From positions 992,001-1,056,000 of the forward strand of contig OZ240245.1 in assembly GCA_965198175.1 (NCBI GenBank): a stretch of DNA of 64,000 nt. The letters run 5' to 3'. The notes under the pieces were generated by a model. It saw only the letters and a program-made list of their open reading frames with translations, searched no databases and was not told the origin of the DNA. The position numbers and the translations under genes are program-made. The DNA comes from Candidatus Poribacteria bacterium. GTDB taxonomy: Bacteria > Poribacteria > WGA-4E > PCPOR2b. This document shows, piece after piece, positions 30,657-39,626 of this stretch. Positions within the stretch are counted from its first letter, which is position 1; each line of letters starts with the position of its first letter.

Positions 30657-31829
30657 TTACTCGAAAATCTCCAATTGACCATTCACCACAATCAATATCT
30701 TCGGGTCGTAAACCGCATCCCCGACCGCGTCAAAAGAGAATGGCCCGAAAACGGTGTCGAAATCTGTGATATTTGCCAGTGCGTCTCGAATTGCGGTTGA
30801 ATCGGTGGATTGGGCGTTGGCAATGGCTTCAGCCAAAATATGGAAAGCAGCATATGACCGTGCCGCGTAGTTGTTCGGCTCCACCCCGTATTTCTCGATA
30901 TAATTCTGGACAAAGGCGCGATTCCCCGGCGTGTTAGCCGTGCTTGCCCAACCAACAAAGGTAATCGCCCCTTCGGCGGCATCACCCGCAGCTTGCACAT
31001 CGGCTACGGTCAACGTGCGAATAATAAACGGCACCGAGTCGGGTATACCGAGTTGGCGACCTTGAGCCAGAATACCGGGCTTTTCTGGTGATAAAGCGGA
31101 GATAAAGATAACATCAGGATTTGCATCCCTTATCCGAGTTAATTGTTCGGAAAAGTCCGTATCACCACCGTGGAAGGTCTCTGTAATCAGCACTTCAACA
31201 CTGTTCGCAGCGAGCGATTCCCTCACCGCCTCATCGCTATCGGTGGAGAAGACATCGCTTTCATCATACATCGTCGCCGCTTTTTTATAGCCGAGTTTTG
31301 CAGAAGTTGTTTCAACACCGATCGGAATCAGTACATTTGTGGTAAGTGCGGCACGAAAGACAAAGTCGCCAATCGCACTCAGACCGCGGGCGGCGGAGGT
31401 GGGGCTAAACGCCACGACCTGATTTTCCTGCGCGATTGGAAACACCGCTTTGGCCTGGCCTGAGGTAGCAGGTCCGAGAATAACAGGCACGCCATCCTGC
31501 TGAATCAGTTTATTGTAGGCTTCGATTGCACCCTCAACAGTGCTCTGATCGTCCTCAATGATGAACCCGATCCTCCCACCACCGAGTTGTGAGTTATTAA
31601 TCTCTGCGAGAGCCAACTCAAAGCCAGTACCCATTGGTCTGCCAAACGTCGAAGCGAATCGCCCTGTGATGGATAAGACGACGCCGACGGGAATCTCTTC
31701 ACTGAGCTCTTCCATCTGAGGCGGTGCAGGGACGAGAAGTTGCTGAATTTGGTCACAGGCGGCAAGTCCCACAATCAGGAGGACAATTGCTAGTACAAAG
31801 GTAAATGTTGTGATTCTTCTGATATTCAT
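30657..31829 (-). CDS. ABC-type substrate-binding lipoprotein (copy C)
   Basis: MNIRRITTF...LAAC with the same motifs. Confidence 0.9.
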   Translation of the reverse strand: MNIRRITTFTFVLAIVLLIVGLAACDQIQQLLVPAPPQMEELSEEIPVGVVLSITGRFASTFGRPMGTGFELALAEINNSQLGGGRIGFIIEDDQSTVEGAIEAYNKLIQQDGVPVILGPATSGQAKAVFPIAQENQVVAFSPTSAARGLSAIGDFVFRAALTTNVLIPIGVETTSAKLGYKKAATMYDESDVFSTDSDEAVRESLAANSVEVLITETFHGGDTDFSEQLTRIRDANPDVIFISALSPEKPGILAQGRQLGIPDSVPFIIRTLTVADVQAAGDAAEGAITFVGWASTANTPGNRAFVQNYIEKYGVEPNNYAARSYAAFHILAEAIANAQSTDSTAIRDALANITDFDTVFGPFSFDAVGDAVYDPKILIVVNGQLEIFE

Positions 31830-31930
31830 CTTGAACTTCCTTGGGTTTGAAATAAAAAAATCAGGCGTGGAACAATCAGGTAAACCTAACCCCCAAACCT
31901 GATTCGTTGCGGATTGATGCTTGAAAAAGG
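31830..31930 (-). promoter_or_regulatory. Conserved leader element with hairpin and U-tract (copy 1 of 4)
   Basis: Homologous to 33215-33312, 34575-34670 and 35964-36058; long stem at 31859-31904. Confidence 0.6.
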
Positions 31931-32044
31931 CTATCAATAAATTTCTTTAGATTTAAAACCCAAGTCGTAGGGAACAACGATTGTTGTTCCCTACATGATA
32001 CAAATCTCAATTCTGTTAGGTTGTTCCAAATCCTTCGCTGAGGA

Positions 32045-33214
32045 TTACTCAAAGACTGCAAATTCGCCATCTTTGACAATCAGTATCTGTGGATCGTAAA
32101 CCGCATCACCGACCGCGTCAAAAGAGAACTGACCTAAAATGGTGTCCAAATCCATGGTATTCGCTAGGGCGTCCCGAATTGCAGTCGAATCGGTAGATTG
32201 CGCCGCTGCAATGGCCGCGGCCAGAATACGAAGTGTGGCATACGACTGCGCTGCCCAAGCGTTCGGCTCCATCCCGTATTTCTGGGTATAACTCTGGATG
32301 AAGGCTTCATTCCCTGGGGTAGCAGCGAGGCTGGACCAACCAATAAAGGTAATCACACCCTCCGCGGCATCGCCCGCGGGGCGCACCTGTTCTATTGACA
32401 GTTCAGGCAGAATAAAGGGAACCGATTCGGGGATACCGAGCTCGCGACCTTGGGTCAGAATCAGAGGCATCTCCGGTGGCAATGTGGAGATAAAGATGGC
32501 TTCAGGATTCAACTCCATAATCCGAGTTAATTGCATGGAAAAGTTCGTATCGCCACTTTGGAAGGTCTCCGTGGTCACAATCTCGACGCCGTTCTCAGCG
32601 AGAGTTGCCTGGAACCCCTCGTGACTGCTTGTTGAGTATAGATCGCTTACATCATATATGGTCGCCGCTTTTGTATAGCCGAGTTTCTCCTGAGTTATCC
32701 TGACACCGCTTGGATTCAGGATATCTATGGTGAGACCCGCGCGGAAGATGAAATCGCCAATCGCGCTCAGACCGGAGGCAGAGGAGACCGAGCTAAAAGC
32801 TACAACCTCATTTTCTTGGGCAATTGGAAACGCATGTACGGCTTGAGATGAAATAGCGAGTCCGGTGATAGCAGACACACCATCTTGATGAATCAGTTTA
32901 TTGAAGGCATCAACGGCACTCTCGCTCTGATCGTCTTCGGTGATGAAAGTGATTGTTGCCTCACCGAGTTGTCCTGAGTTGTTAATCTCGTCTCGGGCGA
33001 GTTCAAAGCCATTTAGCATCGGTATACCAATTTCACCGGCGAATCGCCCTGTCAGCGCAACGACGACACCAATGGGAATCTCTGCACTCATATCTTCCAT
33101 CTCAGGTGGACCGGGGACGAGAAGTTGTCCAATCTGATCACAGGCGGAAAGCCCCGCAATCAGCGCGACAATCGCCAATACAAACACGAAAGGGGTAATT
33201 CTTCTGCTGTTCAT
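32045..33214 (-). CDS. ABC-type substrate-binding lipoprotein (copy D)
   Basis: MNSRRITPF...LSAC with the same motifs. Confidence 0.9.
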   Translation of the reverse strand: MNSRRITPFVFVLAIVALIAGLSACDQIGQLLVPGPPEMEDMSAEIPIGVVVALTGRFAGEIGIPMLNGFELARDEINNSGQLGEATITFITEDDQSESAVDAFNKLIHQDGVSAITGLAISSQAVHAFPIAQENEVVAFSSVSSASGLSAIGDFIFRAGLTIDILNPSGVRITQEKLGYTKAATIYDVSDLYSTSSHEGFQATLAENGVEIVTTETFQSGDTNFSMQLTRIMELNPEAIFISTLPPEMPLILTQGRELGIPESVPFILPELSIEQVRPAGDAAEGVITFIGWSSLAATPGNEAFIQSYTQKYGMEPNAWAAQSYATLRILAAAIAAAQSTDSTAIRDALANTMDLDTILGQFSFDAVGDAVYDPQILIVKDGEFAVFE

Positions 33215-33312
33215 TTTGACCTTCCTTAGGTTTCAGATGAAAAGGTTGAGACGGGGCAAAATCCAGAAAATCTAGCCCAGCCAGATTCGTTGATGATTGA
33301 TATCTGGAAAAA
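33215..33312 (-). promoter_or_regulatory. Conserved leader element (copy 2 of 4)
   Basis: Shared core GATTTTCTGGATT in a stem at 33250-33282. Confidence 0.6.
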
Positions 33313-33389
33313 GTTATTAAAGCCGAAGGACCTGTTATCAGCGAACGTCTGATAACATAACTCAAGCCATGTACGTCCAACGCTGAGGA

Positions 33390-34574
33390 TTACTCGAAGA
33401 CTTGAAGTTCGCCGTTCTTGACAATCAGTACAACCGGATCATAAACCGCGTCGCCGATGGCGTTAAAAGAAAACTTGCCTAGAACCGTATCGCAATCTGT
33501 GATGTTTGCCAGCGCGTCCCGAATCGCCGTTGAATCGGTGGATTGGGCATCTGAGATCGCTTTCGCTAAAATGTAGACGGCGGCATACGGCTGCGCCGCC
33601 CAGACGCTCGGCTCCATACCGTATTTCGCGGTGTAATTCTGAACGAAGGCTTGATTCCCCGGTGTGTCAGCCGTGCTGACCCAATCGGTAAAAGTAATCG
33701 CCCCCTCGGCGGCATCACCCGCGCTTTGTATTTCATCCACGGACAAAACAGTAGTAATAAAAGGAATCTCAGAAGGAATCCCAAGCTGACGCCCTTGGGT
33801 CAGAATCTCAATCACCTCTATTTGTTGCGCCGACACAAAGATGGCATCCGGATTTGATTCCTTGATGCGAGTTAACTGCGTGGAAAAATCGGTATCGCCG
33901 GTTGCGAAAGTTTCCGAAGCTACCAATTCAATGCCGCTATCGGCGAATGTCTTTTTGAATATTGCGTTGCTATCCCGAGAGGCGTGATCGGCCGTATCAG
34001 CTATCGTTGCTACTCTTTGGTAGCCGAGTCTTTCCTGAGTCACCTTGACACCTCCCGGAATCAACACATCTGCGGGATGACTTGCCCGGAAGATAAAATC
34101 GCCAATTGCGGTCAAGTCGGAGGCGATGACGACGGGACTGAAAGCCACAACCTGATTTTCTTGCGCTATTGGAAAAACCGATTGGGCAACGTGTGATGTC
34201 CAGACTCCGAGGATAACTGGGACTTTGTCTTGATAGATCAGTTTATTGAAAGCCTCAATGGCACCTTCAACGGTGCTCCGGTCGTCCTCGATTATGAACT
34301 TGAGTCTCACATCGCTGAGTTGTGAGTCATTGATTTCTTCAAGAGCCATGTTAAAGCCATTTTCCATTACTAGGGCACCCGGGCCAAATTCACCAGGTCC
34401 TAAATTTCCTGTCTGTGGTAAGACAACACCGATGGCAGTTTCACCACGGAGCCCTTCCATCTCAGGGGGAGCGGGGACGAGAAGATGTTGAATCTGATCA
34501 CAGGCAGATAGCCCCGCCATCAGCGCGACAATCGCTAGTAAAAACGTGAATTTGGTGAATCTACTAATGTTCAG
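33390..34574 (-). CDS. ABC-type substrate-binding lipoprotein (copy E, apparent CTG start)
   Basis: AAGGAGG-TTCAAA-CTG-AAC-ATT matches the ATG-AAC starts of the paralogs and restores the full signal peptide before LSAC. Confidence 0.85.
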   Translation of the reverse strand: MNISRFTKFTFLLAIVALMAGLSACDQIQHLLVPAPPEMEGLRGETAIGVVLPQTGNLGPGEFGPGALVMENGFNMALEEINDSQLSDVRLKFIIEDDRSTVEGAIEAFNKLIYQDKVPVILGVWTSHVAQSVFPIAQENQVVAFSPVVIASDLTAIGDFIFRASHPADVLIPGGVKVTQERLGYQRVATIADTADHASRDSNAIFKKTFADSGIELVASETFATGDTDFSTQLTRIKESNPDAIFVSAQQIEVIEILTQGRQLGIPSEIPFITTVLSVDEIQSAGDAAEGAITFTDWVSTADTPGNQAFVQNYTAKYGMEPSVWAAQPYAAVYILAKAISDAQSTDSTAIRDALANITDCDTVLGKFSFNAIGDAVYDPVVLIVKNGELQVFE

Positions 34575-34670
34575 TTTGAACCTCCTTGGTTTTGAAAAAA
34601 ATTAAGTGGGGCAGAATCCAGAAAATCGGCCCCAACAGGAATCGTTGTCGATTGATATTCGGGAAAATTT
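34575..34670 (-). promoter_or_regulatory. Conserved leader element (copy 3 of 4)
   Basis: TGGGGC...GCCCCA stem at 34606-34636 followed by T7. Confidence 0.6.
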
Positions 34671-34805
34671 GTCGAAACATTCATCTAGGTCGAGAACGAA
34701 AGTTGCAGGGAACAAAGATTTTGCGGTCTATGGCCCAGAGTCTGAGAGTTATTCCCTGCAGGATACAGATCTCGATTCTGTTGGATTGTTCAATGCCGGC
34801 GAGTA

Positions 34806-35963
34806 TTACTCGAAGAGTACAAACTCGCCGTTATTCACGCTAAGCACGATTGGATCGTAGACCGCTTCCCCGTTGGGGTCAAAAGAGAATGTCCCCAAAA
34901 CGGTGTCGAAATCCATGGTACTCGCCAACGTGTCTCGAATTGCCATTGCATTGGTGGATTGCGCTTCCGCAATTGCCACGGCGAGAATATGGAGAGCGGC
35001 ATAGGACTGTGCCGCCCAAGCAACCGGTTCCGTCCCGTATTTCTCAGTATAACTCTGGACGAAAGCCTGATTCATTGGCGTGTCAGTCGTGCTACGCCAA
35101 CCGATAGCGGTAGTTGTCCGCTCAGCGGCATCGCCCGCGGCTTCCACCTCAATATTGGTCAGTTCGGGAACAATAAAGGACACATCAGGCATGAGTTGGC
35201 GCGCTTGAATCATTATTTGAGGTATGTGGGATCCTAAAGCGGAGATAAAGAGGACATCGGGATTTAACTCCATTATCCGAGTTAATTGCTCCGAATAATC
35301 CGTATCGTCACCTTGGTAGATCTCTGTGGTCACAACCTCGACGCCATTCTCGACAAGCGCAGCCCTGAACTCTTCGTCGCTACGTGTGGCGTAGGTATCG
35401 CCCTCATGATATATCGTAGCTGCCTTCTGGTAACCGGATTTCTCTAGAGTCGCCTTGACGACAGCAGGGTTAAGCACACCTGAGTTGAGCCCTGCGCGGA
35501 AGATAAAATCGCCACGCGCACTCAGATCTGGGGCAGACGAGACTGAACTCAGAACGACAACCCCGTTTTCTTGCGCTATTGGAATTACCTGTTCGAGCTG
35601 GGTTGAGATAGCGAGTCCAGTAATCGCAGACACTCCATCCTGATTAATCAGTTTATTGAAAGCTTCAACGGCACTCACGCTTTGATCATCCTCAACAATG
35701 AAGGTAAGTTTTGCATCACCGAGTGTTCCTGAGTTGTTAATATGTTCGCGAGCTAGCTCAAAGCCATCTAGCATTGATAAGCCATACGGGGCAGCAAATT
35801 GCCCTGTCTGAGCTAAAACGACGCCGATGGGAATCTCTCCACTAAGCCCTTCCATCTGAGGTGGTTGGAGAATTTGCTGAATCTGGTCGCAAGCAGAAAG
35901 CCCCGCAATTAGCGCGACAATCCCCAAGACAAAGGCAAATGTTGTGATATTTCTGATGTTCAT
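34806..35963 (-). CDS. ABC-type substrate-binding lipoprotein (copy F)
   Basis: MNIRNITTF...LSAC with the same motifs. Confidence 0.9.
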   Translation of the reverse strand: MNIRNITTFAFVLGIVALIAGLSACDQIQQILQPPQMEGLSGEIPIGVVLAQTGQFAAPYGLSMLDGFELAREHINNSGTLGDAKLTFIVEDDQSVSAVEAFNKLINQDGVSAITGLAISTQLEQVIPIAQENGVVVLSSVSSAPDLSARGDFIFRAGLNSGVLNPAVVKATLEKSGYQKAATIYHEGDTYATRSDEEFRAALVENGVEVVTTEIYQGDDTDYSEQLTRIMELNPDVLFISALGSHIPQIMIQARQLMPDVSFIVPELTNIEVEAAGDAAERTTTAIGWRSTTDTPMNQAFVQSYTEKYGTEPVAWAAQSYAALHILAVAIAEAQSTNAMAIRDTLASTMDFDTVLGTFSFDPNGEAVYDPIVLSVNNGEFVLFE

Positions 35964-36058
35964 TTTGAACCTCCGTGGTATTAATTGAAAAAATTATGGC
36001 GGGACAGAATCCAGAAAATCTACCCCAACCGGATTTGTTGTCGATTGATAGGGTAAAA
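35964..36058 (-). promoter_or_regulatory. Conserved leader element (copy 4 of 4)
   Basis: Stem at 35998-36030 followed by T6. Confidence 0.6.
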
Positions 36059-36207
36059 CTCGAGTTGAAACCTATCGTCAGAAAAACTGCGGCGGCGCAT
36101 TCCTTCCTGACGTTTCGGTACGAACAACTTGACCTTTACCCAATTTTCCCATAGATTGAAGTCGTTGTCAAACAAAAATAGAGAAGGTTTTTGAGAGAAT
36201 CGGCAAT

Positions 36208-37398
36208 CTACTCAAAAACCTGAAATCCGCCGTTCTTTACAATTAGAATCTTTGGGGCGTAAACCGCATCCCCGACAGCGTCAAAAGAGAACTTGCCCAA
36301 CACGGTGTCAAACTCTCTGATATTCGCCATCGCATCCCGAATTGCAATTGAATCGGTTGATTGAGCGCGGGCAATCGCCTCAGCCAGAATATATACCGTG
36401 GCATACGATTGCGCAGCGAAGGTGCTGGGTTCGACGCCGTATTTCATGTTGTAATTCTGAACGAACAATTGATTGCCCGGTGTATCTACCATGTTGACCC
36501 AATTCGTGAAAGTAATCGTCCCTTCGGCAGCGTCGCCCGCGGTTTCCATCTGATCGGGGGCAAAGGTAACGGTGATGAGGAAGGGAACGTCGGTGCCGAT
36601 ACCAAGTTTTCGACCTTGAATCAAAATCTCGGGAGTCTCTATTATCTGTGCCGAGATAAATATGGCATCAGGATTTGACTCCTTTATCCGAGTTAACTGA
36701 GCGGTAAAGTCGGTCTCGCCGGTTTGGAAGGTTTCTGAAGTCAGCACCCGGACTCCGTTCTCAGCGAGAGCCTCTTTTAACACGGCATCGCTATCCGTGG
36801 AGAAGACATCAATTTCATCATGTATTGTCGCTACATTCTTATAGCCCAACTTGGCGTGCGTTGCCCTCACGCCATTAGGTATCAGCACATCTGTGATGAG
36901 ACCGATGCGGAATGTAAATCCGCCCGTCTTACCCAGACCGCGAGCGGCGGCTGTCGGGCTAATCGCCACAACTTGATTCTCTTGGGCAACCTGAAAAGCC
37001 GCTTGAGCCTGACTTGAGGTCGCGGGACCGAGGATAACCGGTACTCTGTCTTGATCGATGAGTTTCTTGAAGGCTTCAACCGCCCCCTCTACAGTGCTTT
37101 GACCATCTTCAATGATGAGATTGAGTCTTGCGCTGCCGAGTTGTGAGTTGTTAATCTCTTCGACAGCTAGTCTAAAGCCGTATTCCAACGGCGGGTTAGT
37201 TATTGACAGTCTTCCTGAATCAGGATGGACAACACCAATGGGAATCTCTCCACTGAGGCTTTCTAGCTGTGGCACCTCCCTGTCCATCCGAGGTATCTCC
37301 TCTTCAGACAGAACCTCAATTAGCTGATCACAGGCGGAAAATCCTACAGTCAAGATAGGAATTGCATATACAAACGCAAATCTCATGATTCGATTCAT
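36208..37398 (-). CDS. ABC-type substrate-binding lipoprotein (copy G)
   Basis: MNRIMRFAF...FSAC; the homologous start position is ATC at 37404. Confidence 0.88.
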   Translation of the reverse strand: MNRIMRFAFVYAIPILTVGFSACDQLIEVLSEEEIPRMDREVPQLESLSGEIPIGVVHPDSGRLSITNPPLEYGFRLAVEEINNSQLGSARLNLIIEDGQSTVEGAVEAFKKLIDQDRVPVILGPATSSQAQAAFQVAQENQVVAISPTAAARGLGKTGGFTFRIGLITDVLIPNGVRATHAKLGYKNVATIHDEIDVFSTDSDAVLKEALAENGVRVLTSETFQTGETDFTAQLTRIKESNPDAIFISAQIIETPEILIQGRKLGIGTDVPFLITVTFAPDQMETAGDAAEGTITFTNWVNMVDTPGNQLFVQNYNMKYGVEPSTFAAQSYATVYILAEAIARAQSTDSIAIRDAMANIREFDTVLGKFSFDAVGDAVYAPKILIVKNGGFQVFE

Positions 37399-37405
37399 GT
37401 TGATG

Positions 37406-38415
37406 TTAAATCTCCTTTGCCACAATGTAGACCGTGGCATATGAATGCGCTGCCCAAGTGTTCGGATCGATACCATACTTCGCTCGGTAAATTTGGACGA
37501 AGGCTTGATTTTTTGGGTTAGGAGCGGTGCTGAGCCAACTTGCAGAAGATAACAGTCCTTCGGCGGCATCGCCCGCAGCTTTTACATCATCTATGCTCAA
37601 TTCGAGAACAATAAAGGAAACTGAGAAAGGGATTCCGATATCGCGCGCTTGGATCGTGATACCAGGAATGTCGAGTGGTAAAGCGGCGATAAAGAGGGCG
37701 TCAGGATCCAATCTCATTATCCGAGTTAATTGGGATGTAAAGTCAGTGTCGCCAGTATGGAAGGTTTCTGTGGTCAAAATCTCGACGCCGTTTTCAGCGA
37801 GCGCCTCTCGAAATGCGTTGGCGCCACTCTGGGAAACCAGATCGATTTCATCGTGTATGATCGCGGCTCGCTGGTAGCCGAGCGTCGCCTGTGTTACCCT
37901 GACGCTGTTAGGGATATGTGCATCTGAATTAGGGTCACACGGAAGATAAAATCACCAATGGTGCTTAAGCCAGAGGCGGCTGAAGTCGGGCTAAACGCGA
38001 CAACTTGATTCTCTTGCGCGATTGGAAAAGCCTCCCGGGCCGCGCTTGAGGTCGTGGGACCGATGATAACAGATAATCCATCTTAATGAATCAGTTTATT
38101 AAAAGCTTCAACTGCACCCTGCGCAGTGCCCCGATCATCCTCAATAATAAACTTATGCTTTGCACCACCGAGTTGCGCGTTGTTAATCTCTTCAAGCGCC
38201 AACTCAAAGCCGTGTTTCATCATTACACCAGTCGGAGCGAGCCGTCCTGTAATGGGGTAGAGAAGGCCAATGGGAATCTCTCCACTGAGACCTGTCATCT
38301 GAGGCGTATCGTCAATAGACAAAATCGAAGCGAATTCATCGCAGCCGGAGAACCACGCGATAAAAACCGCGATCGTCAATACAAATGTAACTCTTGTGAT
38401 TCGTCTAATGTTCAC
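37406..38415 (-). pseudogene. Disrupted substrate-binding lipoprotein (copy H)
   Basis: GTG start, TAA at 38083-38085 where paralogs have Gln, 1-nt frameshift near 37930, and loss of about 45-50 C-terminal residues. Confidence 0.85.
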
Positions 38416-38972
38416 GTTGAAACTCTCTCGTTTTGAAGTGTATTGCATTGCCCATTTCCCGTACAACTTAGGTAATTTTCTTGAACATGTTTCTTTTGCT
38501 CTTGACCTCGCTTCAAATAAACGCATTGCGAGAAAAATAGATTCATCTTATCCGCAACCAGATTTACCTCAGAGGTTTCTACACTGAAACTGTCAGAAAA
38601 TAAATGAACCTTTTGGGCGTATGAGAAGGTCGTCATAGGATAGTGGACAATCACCCTTTTTCTGAATCCCACGATTCCGATCGCAGTTTGGACGAATCAT
38701 ATCAATGGACTCCGCTCACGTTTAAAAAAGCATGCAATAGTGGCGGTAACGGCAATCTCATCAGACATTGATAAGGTTTCAGAAAAACAGTGTGCCCATC
38801 CTCTCCAATAATTTCAAGGCAGTTCGAAACCGTCGCATGCCTATGTTGATGAGTGTTTCGGCTGAACTTCACATCGAAGCAGGGAAATGTTACGTTCAAC
38901 TGCGAATATAAGCATCGCACTCCAGTATAATCACCCTTTCTCATCGAGAGCTGAAATTTTCAGGATGTTTAC

Positions 38973-39008
38973 TTGACACACCCGTTCGAATTTACTAATA
39001 TACTAGCA
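38973..39008 (+). promoter_or_regulatory. Promoter overlapped by a putative BlaI-family operator
   Basis: TTGACA-N17-TAATAT, with an imperfect palindrome TACTA-N6-TAGCA (38993-39008) over the -10. Confidence 0.6.
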
Positions 39009-39029
39009 TATTACCGAGGAGATGATAGC

Positions 39030-39413
39030 ATGCAAGATTATCGCGCCGTCAAACTCGGTCGGTGTGATCGACAGATTATGAAAATCATCTATCAGCGCGG
39101 GCACGCTTCCGCCGCACATATCCTCTCAGACCTCCCAGACCGTCCTACCTATTCCACAGTCCGCGCTCTGTTGCGAATCCTAGAAGAAAAGGGACATCTC
39201 ACACACGATAATGATGGGCCACGCTACATGTATCATCCCACACAACCGCGCCATCAAGCAGGACACTTTGCACTCAAACAGATTGTTCAGACCTTCTTCG
39301 ATAAATCCATCGAAAAAACGGTTGCTGCGTTGGACTTCGACGCTGATGTCTCCAATGAGCAACTCGACCGTTTAAGCTGTCTCATTGAGCAAACGAATAA
39401 AGGAGGATTATGA
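39030..39413 (+). CDS. BlaI/MecI/CopY family repressor
   Basis: QIMKIIY, TYSTVRALLRILEEKG, YMYHP, VQTFFD. Confidence 0.88.
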   Translation: MQDYRAVKLGRCDRQIMKIIYQRGHASAAHILSDLPDRPTYSTVRALLRILEEKGHLTHDNDGPRYMYHPTQPRHQAGHFALKQIVQTFFDKSIEKTVAALDFDADVSNEQLDRLSCLIEQTNKGGL

Positions 39414-39589
39414 TGCCGTTCATTGAAACCCTAGAATCCAATTTGTGGCTAAAATTTCTGGTAGACGCCATGCTGAAAAATGTGATGAGTTTCGCCGCTA
39501 ACTGGCATCGGCATCCGTTGACGAAGGCTGTGGTGGCGATAGGGCTGCTCGTCCTCATCGGTTTCGCTGGGGTCGACAGAAGCGGATAA
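39410..39589 (+). pseudogene. Remnant N-terminus of a BlaR1/M56-type partner
   Basis: ATGA overlap with the BlaI-family gene. 59 aa with hydrophobic segments, out of frame with the downstream ORF, no HExxH. Confidence 0.5.
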
Positions 39590-39626
39590 CCAAGAGGATG
39601 CGTCGTATGAGGAGATTCAGGTAGCG

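Noticed and set aside
30590..30682. Long N-terminal extensions in the ORF track (also 31830-31937, 37399-37569, 46556-46633, 58201-58416)
   Set aside because: These are longest-ORF artefacts; RBS position and paralog alignment give later starts.
28163..38415. CRISPR array or diversity-generating retroelement behind the repeats
   Set aside because: The repeats are gene-sized paralogs. There are no regular short repeat-spacer units, no reverse transcriptase and no adenine-specific template/variable pair.
38530..38950. Short ORFs upstream of the binding-protein array
   Set aside because: No family motif or clear RBS could be supported.
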